A stretch of DNA of 61,630 nucleotides, the filler included, from Globobulimina sp. (Eukaryota), in the NCBI GenBank assembly GCA_003354225.1. It is 23 parts of 23 records of this genome, joined end to end, with 100 filler letters (N's around TTAATTAATTAA, not from the genome) between each part and the next. Parts side by side here need not be neighbours in the genome. Positions count along the whole stretch, not along the records: positions 48,320 to 50,902 come from PIVH01005871.1; positions 51,003 to 53,585 come from PIVH01005872.1; positions 53,686 to 56,267 come from PIVH01005873.1; positions 56,368 to 58,949 come from PIVH01005874.1; positions 59,050 to 61,630 come from PIVH01005875.1; 18 more parts are not named here. One strand, given 5' to 3'. Of this stretch, positions 48,320-60,324 are shown in pieces. The notes beneath the pieces were generated by a model. The model had not been told where the DNA came from. It ran no database searches and was given only the letters and a program-made list of their open reading frames with translations. Both the position numbers and the translations under genes were made by a program. Position 1 is the first letter of the stretch. Every line of letters begins with the position of its first letter.

Positions 48320-49666
48320 ATCATAACAGAAATAATATTTCAACATAAAATTATCGATATCCAATGATTCCAAACAACGAACAATTCTCCATGCATATAA
48401 ACTAACTTTCTGCATAGCAATATTTTCTCCGTCAACTTCAATTACAAACCTTTTACGTTTCACTCTCGTTTGCTGTGCTTTTAATGCGCCAATTTCAATG
48501 TATTGTGATATTGTAGCGAGATGCTCTGCTGTTTCTGCATAAAAATGAATGAACTCCAACTCTTTACATTTCCCGCTTATTAATGATACAAAAATATTCT
48601 CCAAATCAGGATCTTTAAAGCTCTCAGTTGTAGCTAAATGAAATGATATTCTTTGTAAACCATTTGCTGCACAGATAACATGTTTTAATTGTTTTATGGT
48701 TGGGTCATAAACCATTATTTCTTTTAAATGATTCAAATGCATTGCGGGTAAACTTAATGGAATTATATGATCCCAGATACCCACAGCTAATGATTCAATA
48801 TTATGTGTTTTAATAAATTTATTAATAAGATCCATTACATTATCATTAACTGCATCCGTGGCATCAATACTTTTTAATTTTGGGACTAATTTTGCAATCT
48901 CAGACTCTTTGATTTCAACGGTTGCACCTCTTGGATATATATTATTTATCCCTAAATGTCGGACATTAGGACATTTTTGCAATACTTTTAATAATAAATC
49001 TAATTTTGATGTTTGGACATCTAATATTTGAATATTTGAAAAATTAAAACATGGATTGTTCATAAATAGTTCAGCTTGTTCTGTATTTCTCCATTGTGAT
49101 AATTTTAATTCATTTAAAGCCATAAACTTTATGGGATACGGATGATTTTGGATTATCGGTTCAATAAAATGAATGCATTTCAATGTTGCAAATAACACTG
49201 ATAAATTGCAATGGATTGCGGCTTTTGTCGGGTATTTCATTTTTTGTAATGTGGATGGTGAGTAACATGCGATGTGATTTATTCTATCTGTCATTGAAAA
49301 ATTTACATAATCCCTTACAGGTAAATATGATGCAATTTGTCCGATCCAATGAGATGATAACTGAGACATTTTAGTAATTCGTGGTTTTGTAATTATGGGA
49401 TCCGGTGAGGAATTGGCCTGTTTTTCTTCTTCTTCTTCTTCGTCTTCTTTTCGTGATTGAATGATAACAGAAATAACATTTGTGATATTTTCCAATTGAT
49501 TATCATTTTGCATTCCGTTGTTTAAATATTGATGATGAAAATGATTGAAAAGACTTGATAAAATCTGTTGATTATCACATGATTGGATCCATTCTTGAAT
49601 GGCTTGTTTTAATTCTTCATTATTTAATTGTGATGCAAGGGAACGGAACTTGATCAAAGCTTGCAT
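48320..49666 (-). CDS. F-box-like / leucine-rich-repeat protein, 3'-partial
   Basis: MSQLSSHWIGQIASYLPVRDYVNFSMTDR is F-box-like. LQKCPNVRHLGI, LVPKLKSID and CKELEFIH are LRR-like. Confidence 0.65.
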
Positions 49667-49783
49667 TCTGTGCGTATGGAACAGACTGTTTTTATACTAC
49701 TACTACGTTTTTGAGAAAAAAAAAGAATTACACAAAACATGCAATGTGTAATAGGAAAAGAGTATATTTGTGCTTTATTTTAA

Positions 49784-50500
49784 TTAATTAATCTGTCTAA
49801 CAAATTGATGTTTCGTTTTACAAACTAATAATTTTTCAATTTGTTTTTTTTGAGAATGAATGATTGAATGTTTATCATTCATTAATTTTTTATATTTTTC
49901 AATGTCTTTCATTAAATAATTAATTTTTTCTTGTTTTTCTTTCAATTTATTTTTATTTGTTATTTGTTTCTCATTCCATTTCATTATTGTTTCAGTTTTA
50001 AGTTTTTTTAATTGATTCATTTTATTTATTTTTTTATAAAAAATGTTATATATTTTACTGAATTTCTGTTGGTTTACAACCATTTCATTTAAATATTTAT
50101 TTTGTGATTGATTCTCGAATTTCAATTGTTTAATCGTTTCGGTTTGGAAATAAATTTCTTGTTTTAATTCGTCATTTTTTTCAATTTTAGATTCCAAATT
50201 TTTTGAATATTCAATCACCGATTCTTTCATTTCTTTATCAATATATTCACTTTCTATTTCCATTTCAATTTCATTTTTTTTAACTTTTAATTCATTGTAT
50301 TTTTGTTGTGATTTTCTTAATTGTCCTTTGATTGAAATCATTTCTTTTTCAAATTGTTGCTCTTTAGTTTCTAATGTATGTTTTATCTCTTTTACATTTT
50401 TTAATTTTTTGTTTTGAATCAGTGATAAATTATTGTTTTCTGTGCTAATTTTTGACAGTTTATGCACTTCTGATAACAGGCTGTCAAAATTAATACTCAT
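49784..50500 (-). CDS. Coiled-coil hypothetical protein
   Basis: K/E/Q/N-rich heptad ORF. Confidence 0.55.
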   Translation of the reverse strand: MSINFDSLLSEVHKLSKISTENNNLSLIQNKKLKNVKEIKHTLETKEQQFEKEMISIKGQLRKSQQKYNELKVKKNEIEMEIESEYIDKEMKESVIEYSKNLESKIEKNDELKQEIYFQTETIKQLKFENQSQNKYLNEMVVNQQKFSKIYNIFYKKINKMNQLKKLKTETIMKWNEKQITNKNKLKEKQEKINYLMKDIEKYKKLMNDKHSIIHSQKKQIEKLLVCKTKHQFVRQIN

Positions 50501-51200
50501 GAGGTCCAAGGTAGGCACTAGCAAAGCTGAGGTTTTTTGTATATTAAAACATCTACACACAATCCATTTGCTATCTGTATAAATGCTCATATTTTTATTT
50601 TGTTAATGTATTTTTGATAAAAATAGTCAAAAGATTCGAAATCAAGAACATTGTGGCGGAATACTGGAAAAGCTGTCGCATAAATAATGCCTAGAAATGA
50701 TACAAACAAATGAAGAAAATAATTTCGATGATACTGAAGCAAATAAGATTAATTCAAAAAGCAATCGATCGATAGTTGAGGTATTTTATAGTTACTTGGC
50801 ATGCACATTTATGAGAAGTCCGCAATTTGAAGTTTAATAAATTGTGTTCACTGAATAATGCTGCTAGATTTGTTTTTTTTTATCATTCGGAAAATGATTT
50901 TTNNNNNNNNNNNNNNNNNNNNNNNNNNNNNNNNNNNNNNNNNNNNTTAATTAATTAANNNNNNNNNNNNNNNNNNNNNNNNNNNNNNNNNNNNNNNNNN
51001 NNGATTAGAAACTGTAAATAAAGATCGTACTGTACTATAAATAAGGATTAGACGAACATTTACTTAAGCTTTTTCTCTAACAATTCAAAATTGATTAAAA
51101 AAAGTTGATCATGAGCAAAATCAAGGTCAAATAGGAAAACTCTAATGGAATATATCGTTTAGTTTATATAATAGTATTAAAAAAACTTTTACTAAACAGA

Positions 51201-53263
51201 ATGTCTTCATTGCAACACGAATGGAAATGGGAAGATGATGATGGATCATTTAAACAATTTAAAGGCAATTTGTCCTCAAAATTTGATAAATTGAATATTG
51301 GCGAATGCTATACTATGCATTTTAGAAACAAACAATATGAAATTAAAAAAATATCAAAAGTAAAATGTACGCAGCGAAATACTGAAACAAATTACACACG
51401 AAATGTAATGCTTCAGTCATCAGCATTTGTTACAAACATTGAGCAAAACAAGAAAAATAATATGCAAAACATGAAGAATAGAAATTATCACTGGTATTGG
51501 CAGGATAACAACGGCAAATTACATCCATATTCGGATGCCATATCCATAGCAATCCAACAATTAAACATCACAGATACATACTATGTATTTCTTGATGACA
51601 TCGCATATTCCATCACCAAAACAGCGAAAGACGCAGCTCAACAAACTAATTTACGCACAACTTATTCTCGCGATGTTGTCAGACAAAACAAACAACAAAT
51701 AATAAATGACAAAGACGATATGAAACAGTTGAGAATTAATGACAGAATGTTCTATTTCTGACACACAACAATATTATACTCACATATGTCGTTAATATGT
51801 ACAGAGGCTTCGTAACTGATACATGGTTTTGGAAGGATGATAAAAATAAATTCAACGCATTTGATGAAGCTGTTTCGCACAGAATTTCTAATTTAAACAC
51901 TGGCGAATCGATGAAGCATAATACTGTGACAGGGCAGTATGAACTGATCAAATTATCTGTAAACAAAGCTCAACAAACAAATATTGAGTCAAACAATGTG
52001 AGAGAAATTCGTAAAATGAGCTCTGACGAAGCCCAGAATTACAACCAAAATGCAAACAAAAAGAAATATCATGTTCCTGTCGATGATGATGAAAAACAAC
52101 TGCAGTTACAAATGTATTCAACTTCTGTGCAAAACAAATATATATAACAAACAAATATTGTCACAGAAGTGCGGCGAAATGGTATTTTGAAGATGATAAA
52201 GGTGTATTTAATCCCATTGATGATTGGCTATCCACCAAAATTGATAAGTTAACCATTGGCGATGTGATGAAACAAAAGTTACGGAATTCAACGTATCAAT
52301 TCAAGAAAACAAACATTGGAAAAGGAACCCAGCAAAATATGGACACAAATAAAGTTCGTAGGATAAAATGTGGTGAATATGGATGGTTTTTTGAAGACAA
52401 TGACAAATCATTAGTACCATATTCTGCAGAGTTAAGCAAAAAATTAAATGCCACACTGATTAATTCATCCTTTACATTTTCGAAAAATATTCATAAATAT
52501 TGTGTGACGAAGTTATCCAAAAACCATGCAAAACAAAAGAATTTAAGCACGAAATGTGGTGAAAAAAATGATTCTCAATGATAACGAAAATGAAAATACA
52601 ATGGAAGAATCAAAGCAGTCAAATGGTGATTGGCTTCGTAAACGATATGCAAAAGCGATGAAATCGGGTAAAATTGATAGGGTTCATTTGATTTCTAAGC
52701 GTAATTTGCATGAAAATTGGGCAGATTATATTTTCCGAACTTGCGAATCGCAGTTTGCGCGATCATGTGATAAATTTGGTAAAGAAACGAACGGATTGAA
52801 TAAGATTATCACTGAAGTGGAATATATCATTAATCCGAAGTTGATAAAGAAATTTGAAGCTAAAAAGAAGCAAATAATGGGCAAGAATGCCTGTAAAGAA
52901 AGTGATTTGAACATTATATTGGCGTGGCATGGGACGCCAGCTGCGAATTTGGACACTATTGTGAAGAAAAATTTTGATTTGGGCAAATTGGGCGATAATA
53001 AGAAAAATAAAGGCTATTATGGATGTGGTATATATTTTAGTGAGTTTGCAAGGATTAGCAATGTGTATGGCGATGGATTATTGGCATGTAAAGTGATATT
53101 GGGTAAGCAGTATATGATGAAATTTGGAAAGCCAGAAATTGGGAGGACATTAGAACCTGGATATGATTCGCATATTGCAGTGAAAAATAATAGTGAGTAT
53201 GGAAGGGAAGTGTGTATTTTTGATGTGGATCAAATATTGCCTTGTTATATTGTCAAGTATTAA
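51201..53263 (+). CDS. PARP-family ADP-ribosyltransferase with five WWE domains (2 introns, 1-nt frameshift at about 52553)
   Basis: Five W.(W/F).DD.....(Y/F)...Q.N..T...R repeats. Catalytic motifs AWHGT, YGCGIYFS, C.V.LG, GYDSH, REVCIFD..QILP.YIV.Y. Confidence 0.9.
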
Positions 53264-54104
53264 TTCAATTTGTCAAGAATACTAGAATCTATTTAGTATT
53301 CTTGAATTTGTTGTTTCTCTTTTCTTTATTATACACTAAAACCTCAACGAAAATCGTATAATAATCATGGCACACGCACACTACGGCGTTGTCTTTGATA
53401 TTTATGGTTACTGCATGCCCGCGTACACAAATCGCATGGAATTGGTCAACTTTAATTGTTTATCCTTGATCATGCAAACAAATTACAAATAATAGACAAT
53501 ATATGAAATATTGAATTATGTACGTTGAGTTTTGACGTAATGAAACAAATTGAATTTGATTAAAAAAAAAGTGTAGACCAATGCANNNNNNNNNNNNNNN
53601 NNNNNNNNNNNNNNNNNNNNNNNNNNNNNTTAATTAATTAANNNNNNNNNNNNNNNNNNNNNNNNNNNNNNNNNNNNNNNNNNNNTTTGTTTGTGCATGT
53701 TGTGTTTCTAAGTGTTGCCAATTTGATTGTTATAATCGGACCTAATTTAAGCGGATTATGAGTTGACGCATGACATTTTGAACAAAATGTCATGTCAATG
53801 TAGCTGCATGGCACAAACCAAAAAGAAAAGGGAACAATGAAAAAGAAAGGAATCAATTTTTCCGAGGGACTAAATATTGTCTTTACATAAATGCGTGATA
53901 TGTTGTTGTGTATTGGGTGTGTATTGCGCGTGATTAATGGTTCAAGAGACCAGCAAGTATTAAAAGTAAAACTAATATTAATTAATGGGTTAGAGAGGAA
54001 CATATTGGATATATAATACAAGAACAACACATAAATAATAAAAGGGAAGTATAATACATAAATAAATAAGGGCTGTGTTGCATAATGCTCCTCGAGGGTA
54101 TGAA

Positions 54105-56267
54105 TTAAGTGGCATCGGATGCTTTGGTGAAACCACTTTGATCTTTTTTGTCTTTGCTTGGCTTTCCTGGCGCAGCTGTAACGACATAATGCATTTCATC
54201 CATCAATATATCTACCGGTCCAAATGAGTACCGTCGCTGTAATAATTCCGCCACTGTTTCTGGCACACAACGGACATCCACCACTTTCTTCTTATTCGTG
54301 GATTGGTTCATTTTTTCTTCTTTCATCTCCATTGCACCAATAAAAAACAAATCATTTAAACGCATATTGCCATACGTTTCTACATATTCATCCGCCGATG
54401 TCCATTCCATCAATTCCATATCCGTCAATTTGTACGGATCAAAACCAAGAATTCGCTGTAATATGACATTATGTAAAAACATAACTTTGCTGACATGTGA
54501 GAGTGACGACGATGAGAATGGCAATGCAGCGGAGCCATCAACGGCATCTTTTGGGCGTAAACGTCGTTCTTTGCAAACATGTGATGGGTTTGTAAACGTA
54601 TCGGTGCACGTTCTACAAACTTGGACTCGATTGAGCCAACGTAAATCTTTCTTTTCCTGAATCGATTTATTTTTATAAATATTGTTAATGGCGGCGTCCT
54701 GTATCGCTCTCTTCCGTTCAATATCTTTGCAAAATAATCCACCACATTCCGGGTCCATACGTCTGTGACGATTGCAATATCCCAACGTTTGTTTCAAAAT
54801 ATTATAGAGTTCAATGGGTCCGGCCTCTGTAATGTTTACCGCACCAATTGTCAACTTGACGGTGTTCGCATTTATCATCGTCCGAATATCTGCATGAAAG
54901 CCATCCGAATCTTCGCGTTTGATGCCGGTGAAGAATAATTTGTTTGCGTTAGTCACTGTCACTTTGCGTGTGTACATACTGCAATCTCCTTTGTTTGGAT
55001 CCACCCATTTATTCAAAATCACATTATTTGAGGAAATCAAGAGGTTATCAAATAATTTCTCAACTTGGCCATTGATATCAAACGGCAAAGCAGCAGAAGG
55101 ATGTGAGAAATGGTCATCTCTTAACTTGATATCCAATGCATATTCGTATACTGCAGTTGCATTGACTAAATCCACTGAAATGGTGCCATGGTCCATTTTG
55201 ATGACAAACGACGTGTCTCCAATGGGCGGGATTCGGTATAATGCAAATAATCCATTCATATCAATGTCTGTGTTGTAATTGCCGTGCATGTTTCGCATAA
55301 TACAGGCACTGCCACGGATTGTTGTTTTCAATTTGCTGTTATAGGCTTTGGCCAATTGCAATTTTAATTGGTCATCACTTAAATCGCGGATTGTTGGTGA
55401 TTTGCCCGGTTCTGATTGTAGCTGTAAATGGACGTCAGGCCATTTATAAGTGGGCGCCGTTAATTTTACGATGATTTTCTTGCCTCTGAAGGACATTGCA
55501 TCCAATAATGTGTCACCAATATTCATGCCGTATCCGTGTAATAATGCAATGATGCCACCGCTTGTACGAAATGGGAAAAATGTGAAACTGCCGTACCCGG
55601 GGACAAGTTCTCCATTTTCTGGTGTCACAAACGACAATAAATCTCTTTGGTCATTGTCAATGGATGCCATTTTCAGCCATTTGTTGTTATGTAGCATGCC
55701 CATCGCAGTGATGCCCGGTCCGTAGAACCGTATAGGACTCGGTATAACGAGTGCGTTATAGTCATCTTTCCGGACTTTCTGCGGTAATTCATGCAATTTG
55801 GTGATAATCGCATTGTACTGCTCTTCTGTTAATGAATGCATCGTTGTATATTTCTCAATTAATAAGTTATTCGGAGAGGAGCCCATAAACCATTTACCAC
55901 TTTTTCTTGCTCGGCCGGTTCTGATATTTTTGTACGCCAAATTGCGTTGTTTCTCGCGCTTTTTCTCAAACGTGAGATATTTTGGGTTTTTGTCTCTTTG
56001 TCGCTCATTCTCAGGCTCTAAACGTTGTCGCTTATTAGCGCTGGCTGCCTGAACCTTTAATAATCTGTCAGTCACCGTAAATCGTTGCTGCTCGACCTCT
56101 GCCTGGGAGCTCGCTAAGAACTGTGAGAAGCTTCGGGTTGGTTTCGGTATTGATCTGGTTCTCGTGGTGATGTTTACGCCATGCGGCATGATCGTGACTT
56201 GCTTTCCCGTCGCTTTGGTGATGATATCATGGATTTCTTTGGCATCGACCTTGATCGTTGACATTAA
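54105..56267 (-). CDS. Long intronless orphan ORF with basic N-terminus and Cys/His clusters
   Basis: At least 719 codons, open to the contig edge. Contains YCNRHRRMDPECGGLFC and CRTCTDTFTNPSHVC. Confidence 0.7.
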   Translation of the reverse strand, partial: LMSTIKVDAKEIHDIITKATGKQVTIMPHGVNITTRTRSIPKPTRSFSQFLASSQAEVEQQRFTVTDRLLKVQAASANKRQRLEPENERQRDKNPKYLTFEKKREKQRNLAYKNIRTGRARKSGKWFMGSSPNNLLIEKYTTMHSLTEEQYNAIITKLHELPQKVRKDDYNALVIPSPIRFYGPGITAMGMLHNNKWLKMASIDNDQRDLLSFVTPENGELVPGYGSFTFFPFRTSGGIIALLHGYGMNIGDTLLDAMSFRGKKIIVKLTAPTYKWPDVHLQLQSEPGKSPTIRDLSDDQLKLQLAKAYNSKLKTTIRGSACIMRNMHGNYNTDIDMNGLFALYRIPPIGDTSFVIKMDHGTISVDLVNATAVYEYALDIKLRDDHFSHPSAALPFDINGQVEKLFDNLLISSNNVILNKWVDPNKGDCSMYTRKVTVTNANKLFFTGIKREDSDGFHADIRTMINANTVKLTIGAVNITEAGPIELYNILKQTLGYCNRHRRMDPECGGLFCKDIERKRAIQDAAINNIYKNKSIQEKKDLRWLNRVQVCRTCTDTFTNPSHVCKERRLRPKDAVDGSAALPFSSSSLSHVSKVMFLHNVILQRILGFDPYKLTDMELMEWTSADEYVETYGNMRLNDLFFIGAMEMKEEKMNQSTNKKKVVDVRCVPETVAELLQRRYSFGPVDILMDEMHYVVTAAPGKPSKDKKDQSGFTKASDAT

Positions 56268-56367
56268 NNNNNNNNNNNNNNNNNNNNNNNNNNNNNNNNN
56301 NNNNNNNNNNNTTAATTAATTAANNNNNNNNNNNNNNNNNNNNNNNNNNNNNNNNNNNNNNNNNNNN

Positions 56368-57224
56368 AATTGCTGCAGTTTGATCACATCATTCAACAAA
56401 TGGGATAAGTTACCATTGGTTAAGTCCAATGAGGCATATTTGGAGTGGTCTGTGGACGATGAGGTTCGTTGTCTGTATGTATGCATAGAATGTATTGACG
56501 AATGGGAGAAATAAGAGGTCGATATATATTGTTGAATATTTTGTATCCAATACAGACAATCCGCATAGTAATGTTATATGAAATTATATTCGTTTATGTT
56601 AAACAGTGAATAGAACCATTTGGAGATTCGACATAATATAAATCTTTCAAATGAGTATAAATGTGATGCGATAATAGTGGACATTAAGTGCGATGGAATG
56701 AGTTGTATTAAACAATCGGTATTCGGTTTGTCACTTATTATTGTTTGGCATTTTGCGAATATATTAAACCATGGCAAATACATTAAAGTTTTAAATTGAT
56801 AAATGGTTTTATTGTTGGAATCGCAGGAGGACAATTCGATGATTTTATTTTCTAAAACTTTTTCTTTATTTAATTTATTTTCCTTTTGCTTATGTTTGAA
56901 AGAAGAAGATGGAGAAAACGGTTTAGGTTTTTTGTTGATTATTTTGTGATTATTTGATGAAGAGATAATACGAACAATTGGAAAGTGACGTAAATCGACA
57001 ATTTGCGATGGTTTTTTATCAAAACGATTTTTAAATGAATATAATATGCATTGATCAGATATTTGAACCCATCTATTTCTCCATTGCTTGAGGTGTTTAC
57101 CTTTTTGTGTGTTTTGTTTTCGGTGGGTTTGCGATTTAAAGTATCACATAGTAAACTTACTTCGTTTTAATAACCATCCTTCCTTGAGAATGATACCTTG
57201 TATCTCCGTTACTGCCGTTGACAT
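56368..57224 (-). CDS. PH-domain + F-box protein, interrupted by a frameshift (about 56970) and an in-frame TAA (56574-56576)
   Basis: ILKEGWLLKRS|KHLKQWRNRWV.....LYSFK......P...VDL is a PH domain (intron gtaagt..aaag). LIQLIPSHLMSTIIASHL..FERFILCRISKWFY is F-box-like. Confidence 0.7.
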
Positions 57225-57462
57225 TCTTCAGTAATATATATATATATAAATAAATTTTCAAAGCAAAAACGCCTAAAAACCTTCAAACAATCAGTGACAA
57301 AGCAACTGTACAAGTGAAGCAACTGTGAATAATGAGCTCAACAACATAGTGCACAAAAAGGAAGTGCAGAGCTCTAATTCAGATGCTGGCATTTTATTGA
57401 TTTGTTTACGTGAAAGTGCAGTAACAAGTGATTATTTTAATTAATTGCCATTTTTATTTTTT

Positions 57463-57771
57463 ATGACAGCCGCAACCGCAACGTCTGCATGCGCATTTAT
57501 ATTTGTATTATCATCGGCTATGTAATCATCTATTTTTGTCATACTATATTAACGGAGTGAAACGGACCATGGTTTAGCAACATCTATGCAATGGGTCTTT
57601 ATTTATATATAAAGAGGTGAATTAAAACCATTGCATAAAAGATTGGGATTAATGTCATTGTTGATGGGAATGACGGAAAAAGCAAATAGTTTAAGTGGAA
57701 GTTCGTTAGTTTTAGCACAAGTTATTGTTGGTTTGTTATCAAAAAACATAATGAGTTCAAATATGCAATAA
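57463..57771 (+). pseudogene. Cytochrome b561-like pseudogene remnant
   Basis: Single frame with three internal TAA stops. RGELKPLHKRLG and LLMGMTEK resemble b561 TM4/TM5 motifs, with intervening sequence deleted. Confidence 0.5.
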
Positions 57772-57984
57772 TAGAGGATATTGATACCATTAAATTATAG
57801 TTAACAATACTTAACATGATGTGTACAGTATTATTATATTTCTAAAATGCATTTCTTTGTCTTATATTAATATTGTACCAGAAATAGTTTATACATTGTT
57901 TTCAAAATCCGTCAAATGGTCCATGACCTCGCGTAAATGAGTTTTTGTCGATCTTCTAATTTATTTTATTTTTAAATTTGCAAC

Positions 57985-58949
57985 ATGTCACAGCCTTGCA
58001 ATAAAGGTTCAAAACAGTCTCATTTGCCAGATGGATATGCTTTTTATAAAAAGATCGGATCTCCAAAAGCCATCTGTGCACCGATGGTGGAACAATCAGA
58101 GGCATGACTTCCTTCCTTTAATTGCATAATCATCATACTGTAATACTTATTATTTACGATTATTAGCTGCCATTTCGACTATTATGCCGTTCATACAATA
58201 TTCCATTATGTTATTCTCCAATGATAAACAGCAAACATTATTTGCTTCATCCAAAATACGCAAAATGCGTATTTCAAACTTGTGCAGAAGATCGTCCATT
58301 AATCGCTCAATTTTGTGGGAATGATCCAGATTTATTGTTGACCGCTGCCAAATTAATCGAATCCAAAGTGGATGCAATTGATATCAATTTTGGTTGTCCT
58401 CAATCCATAGCAAAACGTGGTAATTACGGCGCATTCTTATTGAACGATGTTGATAAAATGTGCAAATTAGTAAATACATTATATCTAAACTTAAGCATAC
58501 CAATTTGCGCTAAAATACGCGTGGTTGAGGATGAAAAACAGACATTGCAAATGTGCCGTCGATTGAGACAAAATGGCATTTCTATCCTAACAGTTCATGG
58601 CCGAACAGTAAATGCAAAAAAACAAGTTCCAAATAGCTGTGATTTTGGCATAATAAAAAAAATTAAACAGATAATGGATATTCCCGTGTTTGCAAATGGT
58701 GGATGTGAGACAATGAAAGACGTTTTACACTGTTTAAACATCACAGGATGTGATGCTTACATGGCGGCAGAATCGATACTGACTGATCCAGCCATGTTTT
58801 ATGATTCTAATATGGATTCATTTCAAATGAGCAGAGATTATATATCTTTTTATAAACTTTGTAAGAATAAAAAAGATTGGACAATAAGGAATAAATATGT
58901 TGCAATGAAGGGACATTTATTTAAGGTTTTATACCGGGAATTGACGATA
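57985..58949 (+). CDS. DUS1: tRNA-dihydrouridine(16/17) synthase, 3'-partial
   Basis: APMVEQSE|LPFRLL, EDRPLIAQFCGNDP, DINFGCPQSIAKRGNYGAFL, CAKIR, LTVHGRT, IPVFANG. GC-AG intron at 58102-58166. Confidence 0.95.
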
Positions 58950-59049
58950 NNNNNNNNNNNNNNNNNNNNNNNNNNNNNNNNNNNNNNNNNNNNTTAATTA
59001 ATTAANNNNNNNNNNNNNNNNNNNNNNNNNNNNNNNNNNNNNNNNNNNN

Positions 59050-59583
59050 ACCATACACAGTCAAACAAAAATTACGCCATTCTTTCACCGACTTATTCCC
59101 CTTATTATTATTATAATATTTTAACGCAAAGGCTAAGCGTTGTAAATGTTGACAGTTATCGATAATATCCGTTGTTGTATCACTTGAATGATTGCAATTC
59201 ATCTCAGTTTGTTTGAATAAATTTAAATCAATTTCATCTGCCTTTGAATCATCGGTAAGGTCTCTATTTTGTGGTTTATGCGTTGCGTCGATTGCTTTCG
59301 AGCCAACACAACCAATATGATCTTGTGTGTCAACGGTAATGTTTTCATTTTGTTTGTTCTCATTTGTCTCATTTTGTGATTCATCATTTGGCGTTGTATC
59401 ATGGATTGGCTTTGAATCAACGGTAATTGCTTTATTTTGTGGATTATGTGTTGTCTCATTTGCTTTTGAGTGACCACAACCGATATGGTCTTCTCTGTCC
59501 GCGGCAACTGTTTTATCTTTCTTATAATTTGTGTCATTCGTTGTTTCATCATTTTCATGAAATGTCTCATTAACACAACCCAT
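59050..59583 (-). CDS. Hypothetical protein with an internal duplication, 3'-partial
   Basis: DHIGC..SKA...TH.PQN...T.DSK occurs twice. MGC start. Confidence 0.55.
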
Positions 59584-59708
59584 TATGTTTTCTTGTCGCG
59601 TCTATTGTACTACGAGTTTTTTAAAAGATTACAGGATTGATTTCTCCAAAACTACTCACTAAAATATATTTATTTGAATAATTTTAGTTTCTAAGTGCAT
59701 TTTGGAAC

Positions 59709-59906
59709 ATGTCTGAAGTAGATCAATCCAAATCGAGTAATATGACAGCATTATTAATAGAAAATTGCAATAAACCAAACCAATCTGCAAAAATAAAACA
59801 TGTAAAATCATATGTAAAAGATGGTGCAAACACTGTTGATTTGGTGGTAGTTGGTGGCGGTGCCACAGGTTTACATACAATGCACTGTTATAAACAAAAG
59901 GTATAA
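59709..59906 (+). pseudogene. Remnant of an FAD-dependent oxidoreductase N-terminus
   Basis: VDLVVVGGGATG Rossmann motif, followed by an early stop and no sustained frame. Confidence 0.4.
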
Positions 59907-60324
59907 AAAATTATTGATTGGTGGGAATATTTTCAGCCACTTCATATCATATAATAACAGTCATATTGTGTTTGAAATGGCAGCTATGCAATTTCATCGA
60001 TATCAGTATTATATTTCCAGAATGTTGAAAAGGATGAATTTATGTGATGCGATGGTTCATTTTTATCTTTTACAACTTTAATTAAGTGCCTATTTATATG
60101 ATCATCGGACGTAAAGCAGAGTAAAAACTGGCAATCCATACGAAATAAATGAATTAATTATTGATTGCTAGAACCTGTCGTGTTTGAGATACTGCGTCAA
60201 AACAATTTTTTTCATAAAATAGTGTAACTCATATAATTCACTATAATCCAGTTGTAACATCAATCTGAAATACTAGATCCATACTCCACTGTACTTTTTC
60301 CCAAAAACTCTTCCCAAAAACTTT

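Noticed and set aside
52552..52581. Euplotes-type programmed +1 frameshifting
   Set aside because: The shift sites are not AAA-TAR, and both +1 and -1 events occur. Homopolymer error is the simpler explanation.
57463..57771. Stop-codon reassignment (TAA read as sense)
   Set aside because: Conserved genes (ALDH6A1, SRM, ribokinase, PARP) have no internal TAA and end at TAA. This segment also has deletions, so it is a pseudogene.
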